DNA of 64,000 nt from Chrysemys picta bellii (GCF_011386835.1 NC_088808.1:13454001-13518000); one strand, 5' to 3'. Shown: positions 26,968 through 39,792, counted from the stretch's first letter. Notes: generated by a model not told the origin, from the sequence alone. Program-made: numbers and translations.

Positions 26968-27499
26968 TTCTCACAAGAATGATGCAAAAGTCTCATTTTC
27001 TCCAAAAAGACTATTTTCTCAAGGCAAAGTTTGTGGAGATCGACCACAACAAATTGCCAGTGAGTGCTAGGGATTTTCCATCTCCTCAGTGAGACAGTTA
27101 CCATCTGCAGCAGATACCAAGAATTCCCCTGGACTGTAATAATAATAATAATAAAAAAAAGCGGTTGGCTACCATCTGCTTCCCCTTTTAGCCGTTTACT
27201 CAATTCGCCTAGCCACAGCCCCTGAACAGACGGTGCCCAGCCTTGCTTGTGTGCAAGGGACCCTACTTCTAATTGTGGGCTGTGTGGCGCACAAGGAGGA
27301 GGCCGAATGTCCCAACCTGGGGCAATTTCAGTGAGACTTCAGGAAGATGGGGAGGGAGATATTAAATGTCCCACTGAAACACGCAGCAAAATCCCTTGTT
27401 CCTAAGGGGAGAAGAAAAATGAATCCCTCCGCTGAATGAGATCGGGGAGGAAGGCGAAGCGGTCCAGCAGCGGCAGTGGGTCCTCCAGGCCTACAGAAG

Positions 27500-27861
27500 G
27501 AGCTGACTCTGCAGCTCGCGTTGCTTTCCGGCTTCCTTTCTCCGCTTCAGTTTGGGAGCGGGCTGGTTCGGGGCAGCGAGGCTGCGCTGAGAAGTCGGAG
27601 CAGCCAGGAAGATCAGGGCAGGGGCAGGAGCAGCGCCAGCAGGTGGTTATTGTTCTTTGCAATAAGATGGAGGCCGTTTGTCAAGCAATGTAAACTCAGG
27701 TTGGTTGCAGCGGGAGTCCCGGTGCTCCGGGAAGGGGCTGTAATGCAAACCCGAGCGGGGGGCTCGCAGGCGCCACTGTAGGGGGGATTTGTAAGGGGTG
27801 GGGGTCTAGAAGCCCCCCCCCCCAGGCGGCTGCTTGTGGTGACCCCGGGGGCGGCCCTCGG
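27500..27861 (+). other. CIZ1: Probable CIZ1 non-coding first exon (5' end approximate)
   Basis: Strong donor CGG|GTGAGT at 27861/27862 and acceptor at 27976 define a 115-nt intron inside the CpG island. The TSS is not determinable from sequence. Confidence 0.45.
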
Positions 27862-28003
27862 GTGAGTGAGTGGATGAATGAATGGGCAGCGGGTCCCTGC
27901 TCGATGGCTGCTCGGAGGTGAATACGCAGAAGCCCGGCGGCGGGTGCCTCCCTCATTCTCCTGCGTTTTGTCCCAGGCTCGCTCTGCGTGGGGCGCCCCA
28001 GAC

Positions 28004-28089
28004 ATGTTCAACCAGCAGCAATTCCAGCTGCTGCAGCTCCAGCACCTGCTCCAGCAACAGCAGCAACACCCCTCGCAACAGGGAGGCCG
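28004..28089 (+). CDS. CIZ1: CIZ1 coding exon 1 (polyQ N-terminus)
   Basis: MFNQQQFQLLQLQHLLQQQQQHPSQQGG(R). Acceptor TTTGTCCCAG ends at 27976; donor CG|GTAAG. Confidence 0.93.
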
Positions 28090-30729
28090 GTAAGCGCGGC
28101 GAATCGAGGCCGGGGACCGCGGGCCTGTCCCTGGGGACCCTCCCCAGGAAAGCCGGAGCGTGGCTGGTTTAATGCCTACCCCCCCCTCCACCTGTTCGGG
28201 GCGGGGGCGGCAGAGCGGGTAGAACAGGGGGCTGTATGTGGGCTGGGGGATCTGTACAAGGGCCTTGGAGAGGGATCTGTGCCAGGGCTAAAGGGGCCCA
28301 GGTGGGAGGAAGGGAAGGGATCACTGCAGGGGTGTGAGGGCCCTGGGGAGGTGGAGATCTGTGTAGAGGTTTAGGAGCCCGGGTGGAGTGAAGGGGGATC
28401 TGAGCATCGAGTATAAGGGCCCTGGACCAGGGGTGGGCCACGAATTGTCTCCATTTCCCCTAGTGAGTCTGGCAGCTGAAGAAGAAGGCATCTGTCCGCA
28501 CGCGCTGTCTAGAAGCTGCAGTGGCACTGGCAGCAACAGGAATAAAGGGTCTGCCCAGCCCTTGGGTGGGGATCAGGGCGCTGCCCAGAACACTCCTCCT
28601 TAGCTCTGTACTGAGGAGGCAGTAGGTGAAGGAAGCTCCTGCTTGGTGCAGCTCCCCCAAATCCGGCATTGCACTAGACAGATATAAAATACCACCATTT
28701 AAATGTCTAAAGGCTACCTCCCTCGCAACAGATGGGGCACTGCACTATTAAAAATCTCTGCCTATAGTATTTGTAAGGTGCTTGTCACCTTGGTATCTCT
28801 CTGATCCCCTCATCCTAGTACCTGAGAGCAAGTAAAACATAATAGTGTAGATCATATCAAACAAAATGCTATAGAGTCAAAGTGTCCACATTTAAATCAA
28901 TAAAAGGTGGGTGGACAACAATCGGACTAGAAGAGCTGATTGTTGTTCAAAAGTGGGGAATCTAGAGGAAAATGTTACCTGTTACAACTTACATAAATGT
29001 CCTACTGAACCTTTTAAATAGGGGCATGGATTTTATTATATTACCAGGCTCCAACTCCCTTTTGGTTAAATAATTTTGTTTTATGATGTGTATATTATTA
29101 TTTAGTTAGTGTAAGGGTGGGATTATTGAATTCAGTTTGAACATGTGGTAAGGTGTCATTCAAGTGATGTTTATATATAAGCACAGATATTTGTGCAATT
29201 GCACCCCATGCTGTTGGGGCTGTGACTTTGTATTTGATTTGGATTAAAAGACAAATCTAGACACGTGTGCCAGACACAAGCAGTAAAGAGGACAATAAAG
29301 AGTGAAACTGCTCACCTAACATGTAAGAGAGAAGACAATAGTTCTAATCAAGGAAATTTGCCCACTATGACCAGAGATAGAAGATATATTACAGAAACAG
29401 TTAAATAATGCATTTAGGTGCTAATGTTCTCTTCTAGAACTTTATGCAGCAGGCATTCAAGACTAAAGGGGGGAAATGTAAGGAGGAAAAGAAGTTTCTT
29501 GGCTACTAAATCACAACCACCATTACATCAGTATGATGAGTATGTTATTGAGGTATGCTTGGAAACCTCTCTATTACAAAGGAAATATAAGAGGAAAAAG
29601 GGTGGGAAAATATTTAAATCTCTCTTAAAATAAATGTAAATGACCCACAATACTGGGAATATCTGTTGTTATTAAAAGGTGACCCACTATACTGAGAATA
29701 TCTGTCTATTTATTCAAATGGTCTCCTAATAAAAAATGTTTTAAGTGGGGTGGCTTGGGCTGAGGAAGATGTTGTGCAGAAATGAATTTCACACCTGAAG
29801 GGCTTTCACAGCTACCTCTTTGACTTGCCAACCTAAAATTTGATGGTGTGTGATGTCAGCACTTGTGCCCACCAGGATAAGACTTGAGGAAGAGTTGTCT
29901 GATATAATCAAGCCTTTCTCCTTTAAGAGCTTTAAAAGCCAACACTGAATAGGCTTCCCCACCCCTACAGAAAGTGCTTTCAGCTTCATAATATTTATAG
30001 CATCTTTAGAAGTGGGGTAAGTACATTAATATTGGCTCATAAATTATGGTAGTGGGGTTGAGAGCAGTGCTGTAAGACTTGTTTTTAGAGCATATAAGAA
30101 TCATCTAGGGTAATGTATGCCAGTTTCTTCAATCCCCTGAACCAGACTGACACTTTGCTGCTCAACCCCATTCCCAGGTATTCCCACTCCTCTCATCTCT
30201 TCCTTCTGGCCCATACTTTAAATATGAAAGTCATCGTTTACTGCCATTCTTCCCAACACTCACATTTAGGTTCAGCTGCACCCATATGGACAGCCTCTGG
30301 GTAGGAGCAGTGGATTTTGAGTAGTGTCCTAGGACGATGAAAATGTTTTAAGAATCAAGAGGAGTTGTTGAATTCAGCTAGTGATCAGCTGCCTGCATGG
30401 GTCTGTAGACCTGCAGTCCCCTACTGAACTTCCTTAAGCTATGTCCTTACCCTTCATGTGTGTTTGGTGTTGAGAGGTTCTGTCTCTTAAACCTGGCAAA
30501 GTTGCAGACGTAACATTTTGTAATGGACAATCCCTCACCATTGGGTACTCCAGGAGGATGGAAGAAAGGGGGATACAATGTTAATGTATCCAATGGTGTT
30601 TTAATGCAAGCGCATCAGTGTTGCTTTTGTCCTTTGCTCCTTGTGTTGTGCTTGTTAGAGACAAGAGTGAATTTGAAGGTTACATTTTTCTACAGGAAGC
30701 TTTTAAGTGTTTGATCCCTTCTTTTCCAG

Positions 30730-30845
30730 GGGTTTGCCACCACCACAACAGCAACAGATGCTGAACTTACGGGCAACGAATCAAGCATCACTCCTCAATG
30801 CCAATCCAATGCTTCAGCGAGCTCTGCTCATGCAACAGATGCAAG
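30730..30845 (+). CDS. CIZ1: CIZ1 coding exon 2
   Basis: GLPPPQQQQMLNLRATNQASLLNANPMLQRALLMQQMQ, matching human GLPPQQPQQPLLNLQGTNSASLLNGSMLQRALLLQQLQ. CCAG|G acceptor, G|GTACT donor, phases 2/1. Confidence 0.93.
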
Positions 30846-33547
30846 GTACTGTCATTGTTGGAGAGGCTCATTGCACTTATTTAGTCACCCCTTCACCCTC
30901 ACTTAACCTGGGAGAGAAGTCATAGACTGGATATTGCATGTCTAAGCATCGGAGTCCTCTATGCTTTGGGACTCCATTCCTCTGCACTGTTTTTTCAAAT
31001 TTGCCCCAATCCAAATCTCAGAGATTCTTCAGTTGTTGAAAATCCAGTTTTTCAACTGCTCAGGAGCAACATTTGATATGGAAGTTGTGACTTCACAATG
31101 GGGATCTTCCAGGTGGTTTCGACTGGTAAAACTCTTTCTCTTTTACAAGCTTAAGGCAAATATAAATGTTTCTGTGAATATATTAAACAGCAATCATAAT
31201 TTTTGTTTGGATTTACATAGTCACTTGCATTGTCTGTGAACCCAAACAAATGTGTCGCAGAAAGTAAAACTGATTAGTTGGTCTATCTTCTAAGCTCAGT
31301 GAAGAGAAGGGGAAAAAGAAAGGGCCTAGAAGTGAAAAGTAAATTTTTAAGAAACAGCTTTGTGGAATTCTACTTGCTTGGGGTAAGTCACTATTTCTTC
31401 CATCATCTGGTTCCAGGTAGATAGATTTTTGTCCATGGTCTGATAAGTTTTCAAGACAACTTTACGAGGCTGCTCCAATAATAGTTGTAGTTAATGTAAG
31501 GTATTAGAAATGCAGGAATGCAGGTGAGGAACTTTTTTTTTTGTATTTTCTTTTATTTTTAACCTGCCAGTGCCGCTTTGACAAAGAAAAAGGTACCTGG
31601 GTTAATTTGAATGATCATTTGACTTAAAACTAGACCAGGGATGATTCTTGTATATGAAGGTTTATTCTGCATGTTGTTATCGTGCCCTTTGTTCTCCCTT
31701 GCCTAATTAATAAGCATGCTCTCTCATGACCCCAGTGGCCATCTAAAGATCTCTGTTTGGCTGAGGAAAGCTGAGGCAGTAAGGGACAAACTTTAATCTG
31801 AAGTTAGTGCTGATTTTAAAGTTTCTTATGTATGTTTATATGATGAAAAGAGCTTGGGCCCAGCAAAAATATGAAAGGAGGATGACTGATAAATTTGATG
31901 TTCAGTAATAGCATGGCTTTTTTTCTAAAGGTGAAGGTTTTATTGAAAAATTGTATTTAAAATAGAAATATGTCCAATGATCTGAAACAAACTGGATATG
32001 CCAGTTGAACAAGGTGTTTTAATGACCAGTCTAATGAACTGAGGTGGAGTATTATCCCTACCTTATTAGCAAACTGGAACTAGTATCTGTGATTTCCGTT
32101 TTTGACATTCTGCGTTGTCTCGTGTTTAAATGTGTAATAAAGACCATACTGAACAATACGACTGTACTTGCGAGCTGAATTTTTGTGGTCACTTACAGGC
32201 TTGGATTACATGTGAGAATATCTGATGCCTAGGTATTTCAGTGCCTGAGAAACATCAGAATAAATAATTCAGTGGAAGCCTGTGGTTTCAGCAATGGAAG
32301 TGGGGAAAGAAGAAATGCCCTTCTGAGTCTAAATGGATGTGCAATTCTAATAAAAGTGTTAAACCATGAACAGAAGGCCATTTCTTACCAAATAGATTTC
32401 TGTTCAAAATTAAGATAAATCTCCTTACAAGAAGATATCTTCTTTCACAGCATAATTGACAAGTAGTTCAAATCGGTGGGATTTCCTTGTGTTGTGTCGC
32501 AGCCTTTATACATTATACCAGGGTCATCAGGTGCTTATAGCATGATGTTGAGTGTCAGAACTCCTAGGTTCAACTCTTGACTCTGCCACTGACTTATTGT
32601 GTGGCGTTTGGCTAGTCATTTATGTACAAATTTTCAAAAGTGAGCTCTGATTTTGGATGTCCATCTTTAGACAGCTACAGCCAGATTTTCACAGGTGCCG
32701 AGCACCCAGAGCTCAAACTGACTTCAGTGGGAGCTATGGATTTTTGGTACCTGTGAAAATCAAGCAGTCGGTATCTAAAGATTGGCAGTCAAAATAATAG
32801 GCTACTTCTAAAACTTTGGCTCTAAAGTCGGTCTCTGCTTCCTTATCTGTAAAATGGGAATGGCAAGGCTTGCCTTCATCGGAAAGTGTTGATACTTACC
32901 TAATGGCTATAAAGCACTTTCAGGTGGATGCTCTGCTGAAAAGAACTGTTCAAAAGACAAAACATTATGATAGAAAATGGTAGCATCTTAAATGGCTGGG
33001 TTTAGTTTATCATGTTGAGCTTGCATGATAAATGTAGTGGCAGAGAGGCCTATGAAATCTCTTGTTTAAAAAGTAAAATGATGTTTTAAATGAAATGCTC
33101 CAATTGTTGCTGTTCTGTCCAAAAAAAAAAAAAAAAAAAGCATCCAGATCAGTTTGAACTGCCAGCTGCACAAGCTAGGGGATAAATTTCCCTCTTCTAC
33201 AAAGAATTTTTGCACAATCAAGATCTTGTCTTTCTTTAAACATGGGTGACAGTGTGTTCAAATCAAATAATCATTCCAATGAGCTTAGCCTGCAGTAACA
33301 ATTCTAAACAGTTGAGTAGTCTAACACATCCCCACATGGCAGCAATGATGGAGTGAGATCTTTGGGGTGGTTGAGAGAAGTGGAAGCCGGCCACCAAAAC
33401 AAAACTACTGATACCCATTCCCTATGGAAAGGGAGGTAGAGAGTTCTCTAAGCTCTACCCCTTGCTGCAGTCATCATGGCTTGAGGGTTTGCTGTCTCAT
33501 GAGCACACCCTACGTGGGAGTGATATATTATATGTTTGCATTTGTAG

Positions 33548-33714
33548 GAAACTTACGAGGATTTAACATGACAGCCCCAGCTCTGCAACAGTTTTTCCCT
33601 CAGGCTACAAGACATTCCCTTTTGGGGCCACCACCTGTCGGGGTCTCATTAAAGCCCGCACAGCTGGGCTTCCCAGGCCTTCCATTCCAGCGGCAGAATC
33701 GGATGTTTCGTAAG
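33548..33714 (+). CDS. CIZ1: CIZ1 coding exon 3
   Basis: GNLRGFNMTAPALQQFFPQATRHSLLGPPPVGVSLKPAQLGFPGLPFQRQNRMFRK, containing the conserved QQFFPQATR-SLLGPPPVGV motif. TAG| acceptor, |GTGAG donor. Confidence 0.94.
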
Positions 33715-34910
33715 GTGAGCTTGTGATTTCCAGATCTTAAGAGACTAGCTCTCATTTGTTGCTGGCTGGTGATTGGCCATATCGTACATGGGGCACTAAA
33801 GAGAAATGCAGGAGAATTAGAATGAAAAAAGAATAATTTAGTACCAGATTGCTGACAGAGAAGTTCTTTGGTCAAACCAACCCATTTCCAGAGATCCCAG
33901 TTGTACTGGTTGGGAGTTCCCCATCCTCTTCCAGGAGACCCCTCCTGTCCTAGGATACCAGGATTCATTTGATTAGTTCTAGGTAAATAGTAAAATATTA
34001 AGAACCTTTAGAAATATCTACCTCAAAATAACTACAACACAGTGTGTGAAATCCTGGCTCAGTTGAAACCTGAGAGCTTTACCATTAACGTCAATTGGGC
34101 CAGGATTTCACTCCATGTCCTTTCTCTAGCGAAAACCTCATGGCTGCACTCCTCCTGGAGACTGGCCTGAACCATGAAAAATAGAGCGGAAGATTGGGAG
34201 TCCTTGGTTTCTATTCCCAGCTGTGTGCTGACTCGCTGTGACCATCAGCAAGTCACCTAATCTCTTGCTGCCTCCATTTTTCCACCTGTAAAATCAGGAT
34301 AATACCTGCTTATAGAGATGTTGTGAAGTTTAACTGGTGAAAGTTTATAAAGCCTTTTAGGATTCTCGGTGAAAGGTATTACACGATTGCAAAGTACTAC
34401 TAATCCCCAGCTCCTCCTCCTTTTTAATCCATTCCCCAGGTCTGAATTCAGATTTGTCTGAGAATCTACTGAAAATGGTCTCAGTCTCTCTCTTTTTTTA
34501 AACTGGCCAGGGTTTCGCCTCTGTTTCAGCCTCAGGTTTTGTGTTACCTAGTCCAGTGTTCAGAGCCATTTTAACTGGAGCTTCTGGCTTAGTCCAGCGT
34601 TCTGGCTGGGTCTGGCCCGGAGAGAAAAGGAAGAGTAGTTGTTTGGGGCTCTTCTTCCTTCCAGCCCATGCAGGTTTTGCATGAGCCTTTCTGAAGTGCC
34701 CTGGAGCTGCCACAGCTTCCATTAAAATCCTGGAGATGTGTCAGTGGGTGCCTGCAGTTTGGAATCCATGTATAGAGCTCTGTTCATCCACTTTCAGTTG
34801 CTTACAGGTGGAGAGTCTTAGACAAACCATCAGGCTGTGTAGTATTGGAATTTCTGCTTAGTTTTGAGAAGGAGAAGAGAGCTGGGTCTAAGTCTCTTTG
34901 CTAATTGCAG

Positions 34911-35046
34911 GATTACCAGAGGGGCCCTGACAAGAAGCGTGAACTGGACCAGGCATCCTCATCTCAGGCACAAGGAGTTGATGAGAAAATTGAAATCCCA
35001 GAAGGTACCCAGGCTGGGTCAGAACAGAACAATTCCTCACCCACAG
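34911..35046 (+). CDS. CIZ1: CIZ1 coding exon 4
   Basis: DYQRGPDKKRELDQASSSQAQGVDEKIEIPEGTQAGSEQNNSSPT. TTGCAG| acceptor, G|GTAAG donor, phases 0/1 fit the neighbouring exons. Confidence 0.82.
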
Positions 35047-35385
35047 GTAAGAGGGTCCTGTAATGAAACGAAATCTCTCTAGGATATTGATGCAGCAAAA
35101 ACAGGAGATGGCTTTAGTCTCCTGTTAGCTGCTTACCGCAAGAGAGGATTTCTGGAAGATGAACCTATCTGGCCTAGCCTCCAGTCAGAGCCCCCTGCAC
35201 TGGGCTTCATTTATGCCATTAGCTAGGTGTTTTGATTTTGCAAACCAGCTCCATCTCTCTTATTTAATCAGGTGGAAGCTGCATGCATTACTGAGATGAT
35301 GTACATGATGTATCTCTTGTGGTGCAGGAGGAATGTTCCTTGTTGCATTACATCACTCTCATGATATAATCCCCTTCATCTTTGA

Positions 35386-35475
35386 TTTAGTTGGGGATTG
35401 GTCCTGCTTTGAGCAGGGGGTTGGACTAGATGACCTGAGGTCCCTTCCAACCCTGATATTCTATGATTCTATGAT
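35386..35475 (+). mobile_element. CR1 LINE extreme 3' end
   Basis: GGGGGTTGGACTAGATGACCTGAGGTCCCTTCCAACCCTGATATTCTATGATTCTATGAT, with the (ATTCTATG)n tail. Confidence 0.9.
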
Positions 35476-36299
35476 CTTTTTCCCCACTGGTGCCTGTTTC
35501 AGATAAGATTACTTGTTCCTTTGCCTGTCTAGTAAGTCACTTTGGTATAGAAGAACCTCTGAGTGGGATGAGAAAAGGAAATAATTTTGGAACAATAGCT
35601 GTCATGCTGCCTTACCAGCATTGAATTCAGCATGGCAGCCATAGACTAAAACTTGTATGAGGTGGGACCCACTTGCAACCAATTTGTTAAAGAAACAGAC
35701 TTGTTTAATAGGATGCTTGTTTCCATGTTGATACCTGGAATCTTACTGGGACTGGGGCGCCATTGTGTTAGGCACTGTACAAACACATGAAGATATGGGC
35801 CCTGCCTCAAAGAGCTTACAATCTAAGAACACACAAATATAGTGAGGTTGTATCCACATGAATGCCCCATAAAGGAATGATTTTTCCGGTTCAAATGCAG
35901 TGGAAAACTGATTTTGATTACAGGGACACTGAGCAGGTTGACAGGTCTAACAATTAACCTTAATGTGCAGTATTGGAATTTTGTGATGTGGGCTCTTGTC
36001 CCCTTGGTATTGGACTAAGACCCAAACAACCATTGGCTAGTAATAAGTTCATATCTCTACTTCTGGGTCAGGCTTACAGCAGTAACCTTTACAAATAAAA
36101 CTCCATCTCCCAGGTCATTACTAATCTCTTGAGTTAGCGATCCATTTCCACCCTTCTGAAAGCCAGAACTGGCCAAGTGCTTTATAGTCTTATCATCCAC
36201 TCTAAAGTACTGTATCTGACATAGGCCATTTGGTAGGAGATCAAATCAGATGGGCCATGGTTTGTTCTGCTAAGGTAACATGTGTCTTTATCCCTGTAG

Positions 36300-36360
36300 A
36301 ACCAAAAATGCCAGCAGAATCCATACTGGACACTGAGCCTGCAGCAAAGAGACTGAAGAG
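36300..36360 (+). CDS. CIZ1: CIZ1 coding exon 5
   Basis: EPKMPAESILDTEPAAKRLK(S), similar to human ELPAKRLRS. TGTAG| acceptor, AG|GTAAT donor, phases 1/2. Confidence 0.85.
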
Positions 36361-37639
36361 GTAATTTCCCCTGAAAAGGCCATAGAAATGCTTTGTTATT
36401 CCATTGCTATATTCTCAGTAAAATGGAGCACTACCATGGCAGCCTGACTTCTGGCATTTGGGGGGGAATATCTCTGGTGCTCAGGGTGACTCAAAAAACC
36501 TCAGGGCACTTGCTGAGTCCAAGGATGCTGCAAGTGTCATAGCCACGAAGATGATGAATAGAGAGATGAATCGATGGACCGCGTCTAGACAGGCTACAAA
36601 GATGACACTTCCTGAGCCCTTCTGTTGCCTGGATCCATATATTGATTGGGCATAAATAAACACAGGCAATTGATGATGATATTTGAATGAAGGTAGAGGG
36701 GAATGACACACGATATAAAGGCCATCTTGCAAATTCTCTGCTCCCTGCTCTGCCACTGACTGCTAAACCAGGAACCGTGCAATATCGCCATCTGGAGGGA
36801 AGAATATGGAACACAGTTCAGCAAGTAGTCTGTGCTGTTCCAAACTGTATCCTGTTCAGACCTGTTATCATCCTACATGTACGGGGCAGTGGGAGTGAAT
36901 AAGAATTATTAGACATTGATTTGATAACTTTTTTCCAAAGTGAATTTATTTGCAAAATCCTTTTTCTGTTCAAGTGCATTAGACGCTCCCTAATATGCAC
37001 TAGCGATGAAGAGTGAGGACTCCTGCAACCTAATCTGTTCTCTGCTACCAATTCACTGTGTAGCAAATCTCTTCACTTCTCTGTTCCTGGTGCCTCGTCA
37101 GTAGATTAGAGATTAACAAAGAGCTCTGTGGAGGATGTTGTAGGATTGATTTGATGTTTGTACAGCACTTCGATCATGTAAAGCATTATAGAAATGCAAA
37201 ATATTATTCCGCATTTGGGGATGCGTTGTGAATTAGCAAGACAATGAGTAAATGCAATTAAAACAAAGGCTGACTCATTACACCATATACTTTGTTCATC
37301 CGTTTGCCAAATGTAGTTTGGTTTTAATTATGCTAATAATTTGCAGTGTATTAATCAATGTTTTGTAGCATAAATTGAATAAATAGTTAAGTCTCAGTGA
37401 TAGGAGACCTTGTTGCAGTGACTCTATTAAATCTTTACTGAGCAGTGGCTAGAGACTACCAGATTTAGTGTGTGTTTTATGTATGGAGTGCAGATTAGCA
37501 AGGTTCTGCTGTTACTGAGTCCATAGTTTAACTTTAGAGAGTGTTTTTATTTATCTGAGAATGACCTGATGATGAATCTCTGGAGCAAATGAAGTTTACT
37601 GTTCTAAACCTCCCTTTCAAAACTCTCAACAACACCACC

Positions 37640-37860
37640 CTGCATATATTTCTGCTCTTGTTTCTTATCACTTCCCACCTCTCCCCTTCTCTGCCAGTGA
37701 TGCCACCCGCCATGCTCCCTCATTTCCTTCTCCCACTCTTGCCTTCTGTACTGTCCATATGCCTGGAACAACTTCCTTATCCCAATGCAACAGGCTACCA
37801 CCCTTTTCATTCGACTCCTTGAAATCCCATGTCCTCCCACGAGAGCCATAAATGGTAACA
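37640..37860 (+). mobile_element. Old L2-like LINE 3' fragment
   Basis: Pyrimidine-rich stretch with GCCTGGAACAACTTCC and CTCCTTGAAATCCCATGTCCTCC motifs resembling L2 3' ends. Recognition only. Confidence 0.4.
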
Positions 37861-39001
37861 AGTATCAATATAATGCTGCCTCCTCCTCAGTTTCAAAAAA
37901 GTGACACCCTCTCCTCTAGGTCTCTGATCTTAGAGACCCTGTGGAGCTGTCCCTCCATCCGTGTGTCTAGGGTGTTTGAACACACTGTCAACACTTAACA
38001 AATAACGATAATACAAGCCACTCTTGTTTTGCCCTTGTCTGCATTGTCAAAATCTTGCTGTGTATTTATAGCTGTGTAACCCAGTTACTTTATCACTTAT
38101 CAGTCTGCTAAATTATGGAGTGTGTGTTTAAATCCTAATGCAGACTGCATGCTGTTACTGAGTTCTGAGTGCGCTGAAGTGTGTCACAGGTGGGAATATA
38201 GGTCTGGCCTGGAAAGAAGGACATATTTAAAACCTAGCCGAAAATTCGGAGTGCTGACATATAATCAGAAAGAAATCTGCCTCATCAGATCCTTCTGCAG
38301 ATCAGTCACTCATTCTTAGCAATCCCTTCAAGAGCCTGTTTCCACTCCTTGAATCAGGCCAACGGCAATAATGAAACACAAAGCTAGCTCCTAGTAGCAG
38401 GGTTTGGTATTTAGAGCTATTGATTATCCACTACAATCACATGCAAAATATGTCAGGAAAATAGGCAACGAAACTGAAATCTCAGTGAGACAAAACTCCT
38501 GAAAATCCCTGCTTGACTGCCAACAGGGTCTCCTCCTGACCTCAGTTTTAACCTTCCCCTGTCCCTAGAACAGGTGAATGTTGCAGTTGTCCTGGAGATC
38601 ACCAGCCAAGGCAGGAAATGAATCCCAGAACCCCTTCGTGTGAATAACCTCCAGGCAGCCCTCTCCCCACCTTTCTATCAGGTTAGGACAGTTATTCCTG
38701 AACAATTGATTCAAGCTCTTTTGGCCGGCTTTTAAAGGTATGATTGATATTTGTGTGTATGCTATGGAGCCCCTCCCTGTTCTGCTGGAGCGTCACCAGA
38801 AATACCATTTGCAACAGAAAAATATTATCAATTTATTTTTGAGATTTCAGGTTTTTGCTGGATTATTAAGAACGCTGTAGATTGAACTCCTTGGCCTGTG
38901 GTTTAAACACCACGTTGTGTATTGGCTTAAGCCTCTCCATCTTCCTGGCTTTGGACGTGGGAGATAATCTTGTTCTCCTTTTCTTTTCTTTTTAATTAAA
39001 G

Positions 39002-39081
39002 TATGGAAGAAGTGCCCATCCTAGAGGATGCTGCAGGCAGCCAGGAAGCAGAGGAGTCAAGCATGGAAACCCAGGCAGATG
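39002..39081 (+). CDS. CIZ1: CIZ1 coding exon 6 (acidic)
   Basis: (S)MEEVPILEDAAGSQEAEESSMETQAD. Long polypyrimidine tract plus AAAG| acceptor, G|GTAAG donor, phases 2/1. Confidence 0.78.
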
Positions 39082-39185
39082 GTAAGGGGTTATCACGACA
39101 GACGTGAGGGATGGAGCCCCCAGCCTGCTGGTGGAGTTGTGTGGATTTGTAGGTTCCCTCCTGCTAGAGATACGGTGTAACACAT

Positions 39186-39464
39186 GAGGTACATCTACAC
39201 TTCATCTGGAAGATGTAATTCCCAGCCCGGGTAGACATACACGTGCTGGTACACTAAAAATAACAGTGTGGGCTACCTACCTGAATATAACCCCGTCTGA
39301 GATAGTAGGCATCTACTTGGGTGACTAGCCTGAGCCCCGCCCCCCACACCTCTAGAGCCCCACTCCTATTTTAGCATGCTGTCTGGAACTGATCTGGTGT
39401 GTGTGTGTGTGTCTGTCTGCCAGAGCTGGGAATTACAACTACCAGCGTCAGTGTAGGATACCCT
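39186..39464. mobile_element. MITE, same family as 5241-5492
   Basis: GAGGTACATCTACACT ... AGTGTAGGATACCCT, with internal GTAATTCCCAGC / GCTGGGAATTAC mirror. Confidence 0.7.
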
Positions 39465-39792
39465 GAATATTTTCAAAAACACATTCCAAGGATGAAAAGT
39501 GAAGGAAGAATAATACTGGGACCAACAACCTAAAAATATGCTCCAGTAGCTATCCCTCTTCCAGTTAAATTAGGGGCTTCCAGATTGTTTTGAACAGCCA
39601 GATGCAAACAGTGGGATGAATTTCCATGTTGTACAAGGACTTTTCTCTATGAAAACCAGGTTGAGGCCCTGTGAAACTAGGGTAATATCCGTGTACTGGG
39701 GTGATGTAAGCTTCCAGACTTCATGCATCTGTTTCTTGGTTTTCTATTGTTTGTTTAGTTTTAATCCAGCTAAAGGGTCTTTCTGTTTTTAG

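Larger units (their letters stand above)
27400..28250 (+). promoter_or_regulatory. CIZ1 CpG island / promoter
   Basis: GC- and CpG-rich block around the first exons, with ETS-like TTCCGG and YY1-like AAGATGGAGGC (27664-27674). Confidence 0.7.

Noticed and set aside
27402-28669. Many overlapping ORFs including a 192-aa minus-strand one
   Set aside because: Expected in a CpG island. Only 28004-28089 matches CIZ1.
31840-31889. Box C (ATGATGA) and box D (CTGA) with a 4-bp terminal stem in a CIZ1 intron
   Set aside because: Only 50 nt from C to D with no clear C'/D' boxes or guide; likely chance in AT-rich DNA. A snoscan or Infernal search would settle it.
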